From: Deltaproteobacteria bacterium
GTDB lineage: Bacteria; SAR324; NAC60-12
Direction: 5' to 3'
Length of the DNA stretch: 29,721 nucleotides
Assembly: GCA_038150265.1 (NCBI GenBank)
Contig: JAYOTF010000040.1
Location: 1 to 29,721, forward strand
In this document: piece by piece, positions 1-7,790 of the stretch
Layout: each line of letters begins with the position of its first letter
Numbering within the stretch: position 1 is the first letter of the stretch
The notes under the pieces: model-generated
Seen by the model: only the letters and a program-made list of their open reading frames with translations
Databases searched by the model: none
Told to the model about the DNA's origin: nothing
Position numbers and translations under genes: made by a program

Positions 1-2
1 CG

Positions 3-422
3 TACACCCTCAGTGGGGTGGGAGGCCCCGTTGTGCGCCTGGTTCAGAGCCCGCCCGCCCGCTCCGGAAGGCCGTCCACAGCTTCTGTGGGAGCGGCGCT
101 GGAAGACGAAGAAGACGCCATCCGTGCCCTCCGGCAGGAGCAGCGTGAGCGGCTCCAGCAGGCGACATCCAGGGAGGAGCGCCAAGCGATCCGAAAGGAG
201 TACCGCAAGAAAATCAAGGCTCTGCGGCAGCAGCAGCGAGGGGCGTCTCCTCGTTCCAGGCTCCTGGCTTCCGAGCGCCAACAGCTCCGTCAGGCCCGCC
301 AGGCCCAGCTGCGCGAGGCGACTTCTCCGGAAGAGCGCCGGGCCATTCGTCGCGAGTTTCGTCAGAAGCTTCGGGAGGCGCGGAACCGCTCACGAGCCCG
401 TTCCGAGCTGCAGGGCACCTGA
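3..422 (+). CDS. 3' part of a hypothetical protein with a two-copy Arg/Glu/Gln-rich helical repeat tail (truncated at window edge)
   Basis: Frame is open from position 3 (YTLSGVGGPVVRL...) to TGA at 420-422; contains near-duplicate segments LRQEQRERLQQATSREERQAIRKEYRKKIK and LRQARQAQLREATSPEERRAIRREFRQKLR. Confidence 0.75.
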   Translation, partial: YTLSGVGGPVVRLVQSPPARSGRPSTASVGAALEDEEDAIRALRQEQRERLQQATSREERQAIRKEYRKKIKALRQQQRGASPRSRLLASERQQLRQARQAQLREATSPEERRAIRREFRQKLREARNRSRARSELQGT

Positions 423-512
423 GGCGGTTAGCAGCCCCAGATGTGCGGGTCGGTCGCGGTGAGTGGCGGGCGGTGCCAGAGCTTCGCTTCCCAGGAGGCG
501 TCCGGAGGTGAC

Positions 513-1070
513 TCAGTTCACCGGGATCTCCACAAGGTCTTCATCAAAGAGTCCGGTCTTCTCAGCGTCCGTGTGGCAGGCAACACAGTTGGCAGGGCTC
601 TTGATGGACTTGCGGTCAAAGACCCGATCCTCCAGCAAGTCATCGTGCTTGCGCTTCCAGTACCGGGTTTCCGAGATCCGGACCGGCGTGTCATTGGCCG
701 CCAGCTTGTCCAGGATCTTGACAGACACCTTGGACGGCGTCAGCTCGGCTGCATGCGCCGTGAGGTAGGTCCGGATTTCTGCAGCGGTTTGGTCATCCAG
801 CGCCAGGTCTTCTCCAAAGTGATTGGCCTGCTCCTGCATGAGGCGGTTCCAGGAGCGCTCGGGAAGCAGCCCGGGCAGCATGGCCCAGTGACACGCCCCA
901 CACTCCTGCTGAACCGTCTTGTTCTGAATCGTTGGCATCTCCTGGTCCATGAAGAGGGTGGTGAAGAACCCCGGGTCCTGGGAGTAGCGGTAGTCGTCCT
1001 GAGCCGAGGCTGAAGCCGCAGCATTGAGGAGCAGGAGCAGAGAAAGGGCAAAGGGAGAGACAACTTTCAT
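513..1070 (-). CDS. Diheme cytochrome c (DHC family), secreted
   Basis: ATG at 1070 gives a Sec signal (MKVVSPFALSLLLLLNAAASASA). Two CxxCH motifs (CGACH, CVACH) plus DHC-typical PGLLPERSW, NHFGED and RISETRYWKRKH. The ORF-track start at 1298 overlaps the upstream gene. Confidence 0.9.
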   Translation of the reverse strand: MKVVSPFALSLLLLLNAAASASAQDDYRYSQDPGFFTTLFMDQEMPTIQNKTVQQECGACHWAMLPGLLPERSWNRLMQEQANHFGEDLALDDQTAAEIRTYLTAHAAELTPSKVSVKILDKLAANDTPVRISETRYWKRKHDDLLEDRVFDRKSIKSPANCVACHTDAEKTGLFDEDLVEIPVN

Positions 1071-1072
1071 GA

Positions 1073-1705
1073 TCAGGTGGCAGAAAGGAGTTTTCGAGGG
1101 CTCAAGCGGGCCTGAAGTCGCAACCAGGCAGGACGCCGTTGGGCCAGGAAGCGGCGGGAAACCGGAAGCCGGAGGCTGAGTAAGAGAAGCAACAGGATAC
1201 TGTAAAAGGCACCTTTTTCCAATCCATCTTCCAGCAGGAACACATGGATCACTGCTGCCAGGGCGAGGACGTACACCACCTGATGCAGGCGCTTCCAACG
1301 CTTGCCGAGGCGCTTCATCCAGCCACGGGTGGAGGTGACGGCGAGCGGAACCATTCCCAGCAGGGCGCCCCAGGCCGCCCAGAGTGACGGATCCGTCAGG
1401 CTCTCCTTCCAGAGCCCGGGGAGGTCCCAGTGCTCTTCAAGGGCATAGAGCCCCAGGTGGAGGGCACTCAGGAAGAACGCATAGAGGCCGAGTGGCTTCT
1501 TGAGCCGCGGCAGGAAGCTCTTCCCGGTGAGGAGGAACAGCGGGGTCATGACCAGGCTGAGCAGCAGGAAGGTCATGGCTGCTTCCCCTGAGACGTGGGT
1601 CAGGATGTGCCCCCGGTCGGAGGTGGAGGCCACCCCAAGCTTGACGAACTGGAGGGCAAAGAAGAGGTGCACCACCGCTTCTGGGCTGAGGGACAGGCGT
1701 TTCAT
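1073..1705 (-). CDS. msrQ: MsrQ/YedZ-like ferric-reductase-family heme b membrane protein
   Basis: About 6 hydrophobic segments; LSLVMTP, LGLYAF, LAVTS, LGKRWKRLHQVVY and AVIH motifs with the conserved heme-ligating His residues of the YedZ/MsrQ family. Confidence 0.82.
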   Translation of the reverse strand: MKRLSLSPEAVVHLFFALQFVKLGVASTSDRGHILTHVSGEAAMTFLLLSLVMTPLFLLTGKSFLPRLKKPLGLYAFFLSALHLGLYALEEHWDLPGLWKESLTDPSLWAAWGALLGMVPLAVTSTRGWMKRLGKRWKRLHQVVYVLALAAVIHVFLLEDGLEKGAFYSILLLLLLSLRLPVSRRFLAQRRPAWLRLQARLSPRKLLSAT

Positions 1706-1827
1706 CAGGACCTTTCGGGCAGAGGAGAAGACGTTTCCAGACTGCCGCAGCTGGCACGCACCAGGGCGCTGGCGGCAAAAGCCGCAAAGAGGGGCAGGCG
1801 TGTTGGGTGAGGAAGGAACGTAAACAT
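1705..1827 (-). CDS. 40-aa small ORF translationally coupled to the msrQ-like gene
   Basis: ATG at 1827 preceded by AAAGGGG; reads MFTFLPHPTRLPLFAAFAASALVRASCGSLETSSPLPERS; its TGA overlaps the msrQ-like ATG (TGATG). Below the ORF-track size cut-off. Confidence 0.4.
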   Translation of the reverse strand: MFTFLPHPTRLPLFAAFAASALVRASCGSLETSSPLPERS

Positions 1828-1848
1828 GGGGACCCCTTTGGCTAGAGT

Positions 1849-1865
1849 GTCATTCATTTGATGAC
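1849..1865. promoter_or_regulatory. Inverted repeat GTCAT-N7-ATGAC, possible transcription-factor site
   Basis: Perfect 5-bp arms in the short AT-richer gap between the end of cobL and the start of the small ORF/msrQ/DHC unit. Confidence 0.3.
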
Positions 1866-1907
1866 TCCAGTCTACAGGGGCTTCCTTGCGCCTCTCTTGC
1901 GCGAACC

Positions 1908-3149
1908 TTACAACTTTGAAACGTTCGGCGCTTCCTTGAGGCAGCTGTACTGCGTGACGGGCATCAGCGCGCGCCAGCCCCGGTAGGGGCCCACGGGTTC
2001 AGCGCGGGCCAGGCTGAGGCGGGTCAACTCGCCACCCTGGGCGGCCTGCCACCCCAGCAGGACCTGTTCGCTTTCGAGGGTGACGGCGTTTGCCACCAGG
2101 CGGCCCCACGGTTTCAGGGCGTGCCACGAGGCGGACAGCACCGCTTCTGTCAGCCCACCGCCGATAAACACGGCATCCGGGTCTGGCAGGTGCGGCAGGC
2201 GCTCCTCAATGGCTCCCGAAACGACCTCCAGCCGCGTCCGGACGCCCAGGGCAACGGCGTTGCGCTCCAGCCACGCCAGCCGGTCGGGGTGTCGCTCCAC
2301 CGCAACGGCGTGGTTCCGGACATCCGACCGCAGCCACTCAATGGCCACCGAACCGCTCCCGGCTCCGAGATCCCAGAGCCGCTGCCCCGGAAGCGGCATC
2401 AGCTTGGCGAGCGTCGCGGCCCGGATCTCGCGTTTGGTGAGCTTGCCATCGTGCTCAAACGCATCATCCGGAAGCCCGGGCAGGCGCGGCAGCAGCACCG
2501 CGGTGGGTCCCGGCAGGCACTCCACTCCAATGACATTCAGCGACGCGCCTTCCGGATGGACCCAGGTTTCTGCCACTCCGGAGAAGCAGCGCTCCTGCGG
2601 GCCACCGAGGTGTTCCAGCACCGTCAGGCGGCTCGGGCCAAACCCCCGCGCAGTCAGCAGGGCGGCCACCTGCTGGGGGCTGGTCCCATTCCAGCTCAGG
2701 ATCAGCATCCGGACCTGAGGCTGAACGAAGGGGTGCAGCGTCTCCAGCGGACGCCCGTGAACCGTCAGCAGCTCCACCTCCGGAAGCGACCACCCGAGCC
2801 GCGAGCACGCCAGCGAGTACGCCGACGGCATGGGCAGGAACCGGACCTCCTCTGGCGCAAAGCCCTCCCGGAGCAGCTTGGAGCCGACGCCGTAGCAGAG
2901 CGGGTCTCCGGTGGCCAGCACCACGGCGCCTTCCCCAAACTCCCGGAGGCGAGGGAAGTCCTCTTCCATGCGCTTGGACCACGTGTACTGGGGAGCGGTC
3001 ACAAACTCCGGAACCATGCCGAGGTGCCGCGGGCTCCCAAAGATCACCCGTGCGTCCTTCAGCCGCTGCTGGGCTTCCAGTCCCATTCCGGACCACCCGT
3101 CTTCACCAATGCCCAGGACGCTGAGCCACGGGGCCCCAGCAGCACTCAT
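1908..3149 (-). CDS. cobL: Precorrin-6Y C5,15-methyltransferase (decarboxylating), fused CbiE/CbiT
   Basis: N-terminal VLGIGEDG, VVLATGDPLCYGVG (CbiE); GLPDDAFEHDGKLTKREIRA, LWDLGAGSGSVAIEW, DAVFIGGG, RLVANAVTLES (CbiT). Confidence 0.95.
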   Translation of the reverse strand: MSAAGAPWLSVLGIGEDGWSGMGLEAQQRLKDARVIFGSPRHLGMVPEFVTAPQYTWSKRMEEDFPRLREFGEGAVVLATGDPLCYGVGSKLLREGFAPEEVRFLPMPSAYSLACSRLGWSLPEVELLTVHGRPLETLHPFVQPQVRMLILSWNGTSPQQVAALLTARGFGPSRLTVLEHLGGPQERCFSGVAETWVHPEGASLNVIGVECLPGPTAVLLPRLPGLPDDAFEHDGKLTKREIRAATLAKLMPLPGQRLWDLGAGSGSVAIEWLRSDVRNHAVAVERHPDRLAWLERNAVALGVRTRLEVVSGAIEERLPHLPDPDAVFIGGGLTEAVLSASWHALKPWGRLVANAVTLESEQVLLGWQAAQGGELTRLSLARAEPVGPYRGWRALMPVTQYSCLKEAPNVSKL

Positions 3150-3820
3150 CGGGACTCCCTCAGCTGAGGCGGGCGAGCCGGAACCTCTCGGCTCAGAACC
3201 GCGATGGCGTTGAGGGCGGCAGCGGCAATGGCGCTGCCTCCCCGGCGTCCGTGCAGCGTCATGAAGGGGATCTCCAGGGCCTGAGCCTGCTCGGAGAGGA
3301 AAATTTTCGATTCCGCAGCTCCCACGAATCCGACAGGAAACCCGAGGATCAGGGAAGGGTGGGGCCAGCCTTCCTGCTCCAGGCCTTCAAGGAGCCGAAA
3401 GAGCGAAGTGGGGGCGTTTCCAATGACGACCACGGCGTCCAGCAGGTAGGGCAGCCAACGTTCGGTGGCGACCGACGAGCGCGTGATGCCCCGGCGGCGG
3501 GCGTCTTGTGCCACATCCATGTCGTCAATGCAGCACCACGTCGAGTTTTGGGCAGGGAGGAAGCGCTTGATGACCCCGTCTTCCACCATGTTGACGTCAC
3601 AGAGAATGGGCGCCCCGGCCTGCAACGCCGCGATTCCGGACCGGACGGCGTCTGCGCTGTAGCCCAGGGCTGGCGGAATGTCGGTCATGCCGCAGGAGTG
3701 GATGATGCGGACCGCGACCTCGGCAATGTCCGGAGGCAGGTCCCCAAAGTCGGTCTCGCGGCGGACGGTGGCAAAGGATTCCTGGTAAATGGCTTCCGGG
3801 TCTTTCAGGTAGTCGATCAT
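3146..3820 (-). CDS. cobH: Precorrin-8X methylmutase
   Basis: AIYQESFA, RIIHSCG, IGNAPTSL, GFPVGFVGAAESK, GRRGGSAIAAAALNA motifs; 4-bp overlaps with both neighbours. Confidence 0.95.
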   Translation of the reverse strand: MIDYLKDPEAIYQESFATVRRETDFGDLPPDIAEVAVRIIHSCGMTDIPPALGYSADAVRSGIAALQAGAPILCDVNMVEDGVIKRFLPAQNSTWCCIDDMDVAQDARRRGITRSSVATERWLPYLLDAVVVIGNAPTSLFRLLEGLEQEGWPHPSLILGFPVGFVGAAESKIFLSEQAQALEIPFMTLHGRRGGSAIAAAALNAIAVLSREVPARPPQLRESR

Positions 3821-4893
3821 TCCGGCTTGAGCGATTTGAGGCGTTTGAGGGAAACCGGTCCCAGGGGGTGGTTGGCGTGCGGGTGAGTGGGGTGATGATG
3901 CCCATGATCGTGCCCATGGGAATGATCGTGCCCGTGGGAATGGTCGTGCCCATGGGGGTGTGCGTGGGAGTGAGGACCGGGTGCATCGGCGCCATACTCC
4001 ACGGCCTGGTCCAGGTTTCCGGTGCCAATGCCTTCCACATGGTGGTGGTGGCTTTCTTGCGGAAGTCCGACCTCGGCTTCAAACCCAAGGACCTGCTCGC
4101 GGTACTTGCAGAGCTGGCAGTTCATCACGTTGGTGCCGTCCAGGATTTCCTGCACCCGGTCGGCAAAGGTATCCAGCACCAGGGGGTGGTCGTTCAGGTA
4201 CGGCGCCTTGACGAATTCAATTTCCGGATGCCGCGCGGCGACCAGGTCCGTGTGGTCGTAGATGCGGCGCACGAGGATGCCGGTGAAGAGGAAGTACGGG
4301 AAGACGACAATGCGCCGGAAGCCCAACCGGGTGGCATGTTCCAGAGCCGGCTCCACGAGCGGGAAGGTGACTCCGGAGTACGCGACCTCGGTCCACCCAA
4401 ACCCGAGCCCTTCCCAGAGCATCCGGGCGACCTTGCTGATGTTGGAGTTGGCATCCGGATCAGACGACCCACGCCCCACCACCACCAGGAGGGTTTCGTG
4501 CCGGGGGACCGAAGGGTCCACTTCTGCCAGGGCGCCTTCAATGCGTTCGCTGGCAGCGCGGAGGAGCTTCGTGTCGATCCCGAGTTCCCGACCGTAACGG
4601 ATGTTCATCCCGGCATGCTGGGCCTGGTAGGTGTTGAGCACCGACGGGATGTCGTTCTTGGCGTGTCCGGCCGCAAAGAGCATTCCGGGCACCGCCAGCA
4701 CTTCCTTCACACCCTTCTCGCGGAGGGCGTTGAGCCCGTCCCGGATGATGGGGGAGGCAAACTCGAGGAAGCCCCAGTCGGTTTCATACTGAGGCAACCG
4801 CTCCCGGAGGCCCCGGGCGACCGATTGGAACTCTTCCACCGCCTTTTCGTCACGACTGCCGTGACCGCACACCATGATTCCAAAGTGACTCAA
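3817..4893 (-). CDS. cbiX: Sirohydrochlorin (cobalto)chelatase CbiX, long form, with His-rich C-terminal tail
   Basis: TTG start behind AAGGAG; CGHGSRD, GFLEFA, LFAAGHAKNDIP, GRGSSDPDAN, PYFLFTG; MNCQLCKYR (Fe-S-binding motif of long CbiX); poly-His tail. Confidence 0.93.
   Translation of the reverse strand: MSHFGIMVCGHGSRDEKAVEEFQSVARGLRERLPQYETDWGFLEFASPIIRDGLNALREKGVKEVLAVPGMLFAAGHAKNDIPSVLNTYQAQHAGMNIRYGRELGIDTKLLRAASERIEGALAEVDPSVPRHETLLVVVGRGSSDPDANSNISKVARMLWEGLGFGWTEVAYSGVTFPLVEPALEHATRLGFRRIVVFPYFLFTGILVRRIYDHTDLVAARHPEIEFVKAPYLNDHPLVLDTFADRVQEILDGTNVMNCQLCKYREQVLGFEAEVGLPQESHHHHVEGIGTGNLDQAVEYGADAPGPHSHAHPHGHDHSHGHDHSHGHDHGHHHPTHPHANHPLGPVSLKRLKSLKPE
3904..3957. repeat. 3 x 18-bp tandem repeat encoding the (HGHDHS) His-rich tail of CbiX
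   Basis: ATGATCGTGCCCATGGGA / ATGATCGTGCCCGTGGGA / ATGGTCGTGCCCATGGGG on the + strand. Confidence 0.85.
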
Positions 4894-5405
4894 GAAAACT
4901 CCTTATTTGATTGGATCCGTTGCGGGAGTCCGGCGACCACCCACCAGGTTTCATCACAGGTTGCCCCCAGCCGCTGACCGACCCGTCCGGAGAGGTCGGC
5001 AAAACGTCGCGCCAGGGGATTTTCCGGCATCACGCCGAGGCCCACTTCATTGAGGACGAGGACCAGGTCATTCGGAAGCGCCAGCAGGCGTTCCAGTTCG
5101 GCAAAGGCTTCTGGCTCAGAGCGCTCATGGTGCAGCCAGTTGTTGAGCCACATCGTCAGGCACTCCACCAGCACCGGGGCCTGGGTGTCTGCGACTGCTG
5201 CCGCCAGGTCCAGGGGGGCCTCGCGCGTTTCAAAGCGGTCGCCCCGCTGAGCCTGGTGCCGTTGAATGCGGGTGTCCATTTCTGCGTCCCGGAACTCGGT
5301 GGTGGCGAGGTACACGGGCCGCTGTTCCGAAGCGAGGCGCAGGGTGCGCTGCTCGGCAAAGCGGGACTTTCCGCTCTTGACGCCACCGGTGACCAGCACC
5401 TTCAT
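4890..5405 (-). CDS. cobU: Bifunctional adenosylcobinamide kinase / cobinamide-phosphate guanylyltransferase (CobU/CobP)
   Basis: P-loop VTGGVKSGKSRFAE; YLAT, EMDTRIQRH, LVECLTMWLNN, NEVGLGVMP, VVAGLP. Confidence 0.95.
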   Translation of the reverse strand: MKVLVTGGVKSGKSRFAEQRTLRLASEQRPVYLATTEFRDAEMDTRIQRHQAQRGDRFETREAPLDLAAAVADTQAPVLVECLTMWLNNWLHHERSEPEAFAELERLLALPNDLVLVLNEVGLGVMPENPLARRFADLSGRVGQRLGATCDETWWVVAGLPQRIQSNKEFS

Positions 5406-6355
5406 GGAAGCCCCCCGAGCAGCAGGACCATCGCCAGCAAGGTGGCCCCAAAGGCGAGGCGGTTCATGCGCGTCAGGTCATCTGGGCCCACGGCTTCGGA
5501 AGCCGCTTCCGGACCAATCCAGTAGCTGCTGCTGAGCGTGCCGTGTCGCCAGATGGGGCCACAGAGCCGAACCCCGAGGGCTCCGGCAGCAGCGGCTTCG
5601 CTCCACCCGGCGTTCGGGCTGGCAATGAGGTGCCGGTCCCGGAGGCCCACGCGCCACGCCTGAGAGGCGGAGTAGCCCGGCAGCAGCGCGGCCGTGACCA
5701 CGAGCAGCCCAAAGGTCAGGCGGGCCGGGATCCAGCAGAGCAGGTCATCGAGCCGGGCGCTGGCCCAGCCAAACTGCCGGTAGCGTTCGTTGCGGTACCC
5801 CACCATGGAGTCGAGTGTGTTGACCACCTTGAAAAGGACCATTCCGGGGAGTCCCAGGAGCGCCCACCAGAACAGAGGAGCCACCACGCCGTCACAGAGG
5901 TTTTCCGCGACACTCTCCACCGCTGCGCGCCCACAGGCTCCGGCATCCAGGGCGTCGGTGTCGCGTCCCACCATTTGGGAGACGGCGTTCCGGGCGCCGA
6001 CGAGGTCGTGTTCCGCCAGGGCCTTCCGAACTGCCCAGGCGTGTCCGAGCAGGTCTCGCAACGCCAGCAGGCTCCAGGCCAGGTAGAGCGTCAGCAGGTC
6101 ACCCAGCACGGGGTGCAGGGCCGTGGCGCCTGCCCGGGCCGACCAAACGGCTAATAGAGTTCCGGAAACCATTCCCAGCGTCAAGACGATGCCACCGCGT
6201 ACTCCGGCTTCTTGCCGGTTCCGGAGGAATTCTTCAAACGCGGCAATGGCCTTCCCGATCACCCGGACCGGGTGCCAGCGGTAAACCGGGTCTCCAAACA
6301 GCAGGTCCAGGACAAACGCAGCTCCGATCAGGAGCGCCGGGGTGGCGTCCAGCAT
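5402..6355 (-). CDS. cobD: Adenosylcobinamide-phosphate synthase CobD/CbiB
   Basis: LDLLFGDP..WHPV, VGRDT, AAVESVAEN..DGVVAPLFW, VNTLDSMVGY, ARLDDLLCWIPARL, SPNAGWSEAA. Start taken at ATG 6355 (TTG at 6373 is the alternative). Confidence 0.93.
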   Translation of the reverse strand: MLDATPALLIGAAFVLDLLFGDPVYRWHPVRVIGKAIAAFEEFLRNRQEAGVRGGIVLTLGMVSGTLLAVWSARAGATALHPVLGDLLTLYLAWSLLALRDLLGHAWAVRKALAEHDLVGARNAVSQMVGRDTDALDAGACGRAAVESVAENLCDGVVAPLFWWALLGLPGMVLFKVVNTLDSMVGYRNERYRQFGWASARLDDLLCWIPARLTFGLLVVTAALLPGYSASQAWRVGLRDRHLIASPNAGWSEAAAAGALGVRLCGPIWRHGTLSSSYWIGPEAASEAVGPDDLTRMNRLAFGATLLAMVLLLGGLP

Positions 6356-6489
6356 CAGGAACCGGCTGGGCAAAAGGCCGAGAAAGCCCGCGGGGGTGCT
6401 TTTGGCGCTTGGTCTCTGTTCCGACTTGTGCTAAGGTTGGCCCCGGATTCTATTTTTTTCAAAGAAGTTTCTCTAGATTAAGGTGCGGA

Positions 6490-6732
6490 ATGAGCGAAGA
6501 TCAGGAATTGGTCAAAGAAGTTCGGGAGTATTTTGAAGAAGAACAACGGCTCCGGGCGGCGGACATTGAAGCGGCCAAGAAGCATGACGAGGAGCTGCTC
6601 CGGAAGCGGGAAGCCGGTGAATACGGGGTCAGCCGAGGCATGGACCTGATTGCCAGCCAGCTCATGTTTCTGGTGGCAACCCTGGCCACCGTTGGGCTGA
6701 TCTGGATGGTCTTCAACATGGATCCTCGCTAA
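6490..6732 (+). CDS. Small hypothetical protein (80 aa), charged helical N-terminus with a C-terminal transmembrane helix
   Basis: ATG at 6490 after TAAGGTG; typical codon usage; hydrophobic LMFLVATLATVGLIWMVF near the C-terminus. Confidence 0.7.
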   Translation: MSEDQELVKEVREYFEEEQRLRAADIEAAKKHDEELLRKREAGEYGVSRGMDLIASQLMFLVATLATVGLIWMVFNMDPR

Positions 6733-6777
6733 TTCAGGCGACGTCTGCTCCTTCCGGACGTCTGCCCTGTCTTGCCT

Positions 6778-6814
6778 GCGCTGCCTCGACTCTGAAGCAG
6801 CGCCTTCCCTTTTT
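6778..6814 (+). terminator. Possible intrinsic terminator
   Basis: GCGCTGC (6778-6784) pairs with GCAGCGC (6797-6803), followed by a pyrimidine/T tract CTTCCCTTTTT, 45 nt after the small gene. Confidence 0.35.
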
Positions 6815-7118
6815 CAGCTCCGTTTGTTCGTCAGGTCCCCTTGGGTAACGAGGCGGAACCTGCTCCCGTCTGTCCCTCCTGAGCCACCTGCTGGGCCTCC
6901 CGTTTTTTCCGGATGCTTCCGGATTCCACCGCAGGAGGTCTCTACTGTATCGGGAAGCCCCGGAAGCAACAAGTGCGAGAAAAAAACGCTGGTTGGCGGG
7001 CGGGCGTGGTATCCTGCTGGTGCGGAAGTTCCGGAAAAAAATTCCCGGGTCTCTGGCCCAACCCTGTGAAATCCGCTAACATAATCACTCCCTACATCAA
7101 CCCCTTTCTCTGCGGTCC

Positions 7119-7787
7119 ATGAGTGAGAGGCACTCTCAGGTCATTGAAGAATATCTGCTAACGCTGTACCAACTGCGCGGCGCCGAAGAGGCGGGGCTCA
7201 AGGCGGTGACCCTGGCGGAGCGGCTCAAGGTCAGCCCGCCGACGGTGCACTCCACGCTGTCTCGGATGCAACGCGATGGGCTGGTCCGGATGGGCGAGGC
7301 GAAGGCGTGGGAGCTGACGAAAGACGGCCTGAAGGAAGCAGAGGACATTGCCTACCGGCACAACCTGGCCGAACACTTCCTCTGCCACACCCTGGGCATT
7401 CCGTGGTACGAGGTTCACAAGCATGCCCATCAGCTGGAGCATGCGCTGACGCCACTGGTGGTGCAGAAGCTGACCGAGTTTTTGGGACGTCCGGAGTTCT
7501 GCCCGCACGGCACCCCCATGCCCGGAAGCTCCCTTCCGGAGAACGCCTTCCCCCTGCATGAGGCCCAGCCTGAGACCACGGTTGAAATTGCCATGGTGTC
7601 TGAGCAGCTCGAAGACTCCGAGGACCTCCTCAAGGTGCTGCACCGCGACTACGTCATTCCGGGTGAGGTGCACCGAGTCGTGAGCCGAGAGGACGTCATG
7701 CAGGCCCTCACCCTGGAGTCTCGCCATGGGCAGATCTCCCTCCCCTTCCACATTGCCGAGCACATCGTCGTCGTCCCGGTCGCCTAG
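7119..7787 (+). CDS. DtxR/MntR-family metal-dependent transcriptional regulator with C-terminal FeoA/SH3-like domain
   Basis: EEYLLTLY, LAERLKVSPPTV (HTH), RHNLAEHFL..LG, HKHAHQLEH, LGRPEFCPHGTPMP. Confidence 0.92.
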   Translation: MSERHSQVIEEYLLTLYQLRGAEEAGLKAVTLAERLKVSPPTVHSTLSRMQRDGLVRMGEAKAWELTKDGLKEAEDIAYRHNLAEHFLCHTLGIPWYEVHKHAHQLEHALTPLVVQKLTEFLGRPEFCPHGTPMPGSSLPENAFPLHEAQPETTVEIAMVSEQLEDSEDLLKVLHRDYVIPGEVHRVVSREDVMQALTLESRHGQISLPFHIAEHIVVVPVA

Positions 7788-7790
7788 TTG

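Noticed and set aside
6735..6770. Minus-strand GTCCGGAAGGAGCAG resembling SRP RNA domain IV
   Set aside because: Lacks the conserved CAGG and AGCAG loop pairing and the long flanking helix; explained by the abundant TCCGGA motif.
6800..6965. Cobalamin-riboswitch-like fragments (ACTG...GGGAAG on +, AAAAGGGAAG on -)
   Set aside because: Fragments lie on opposite strands, other core elements are missing, and the region is not directly upstream of cobD. An Infernal scan would settle it.
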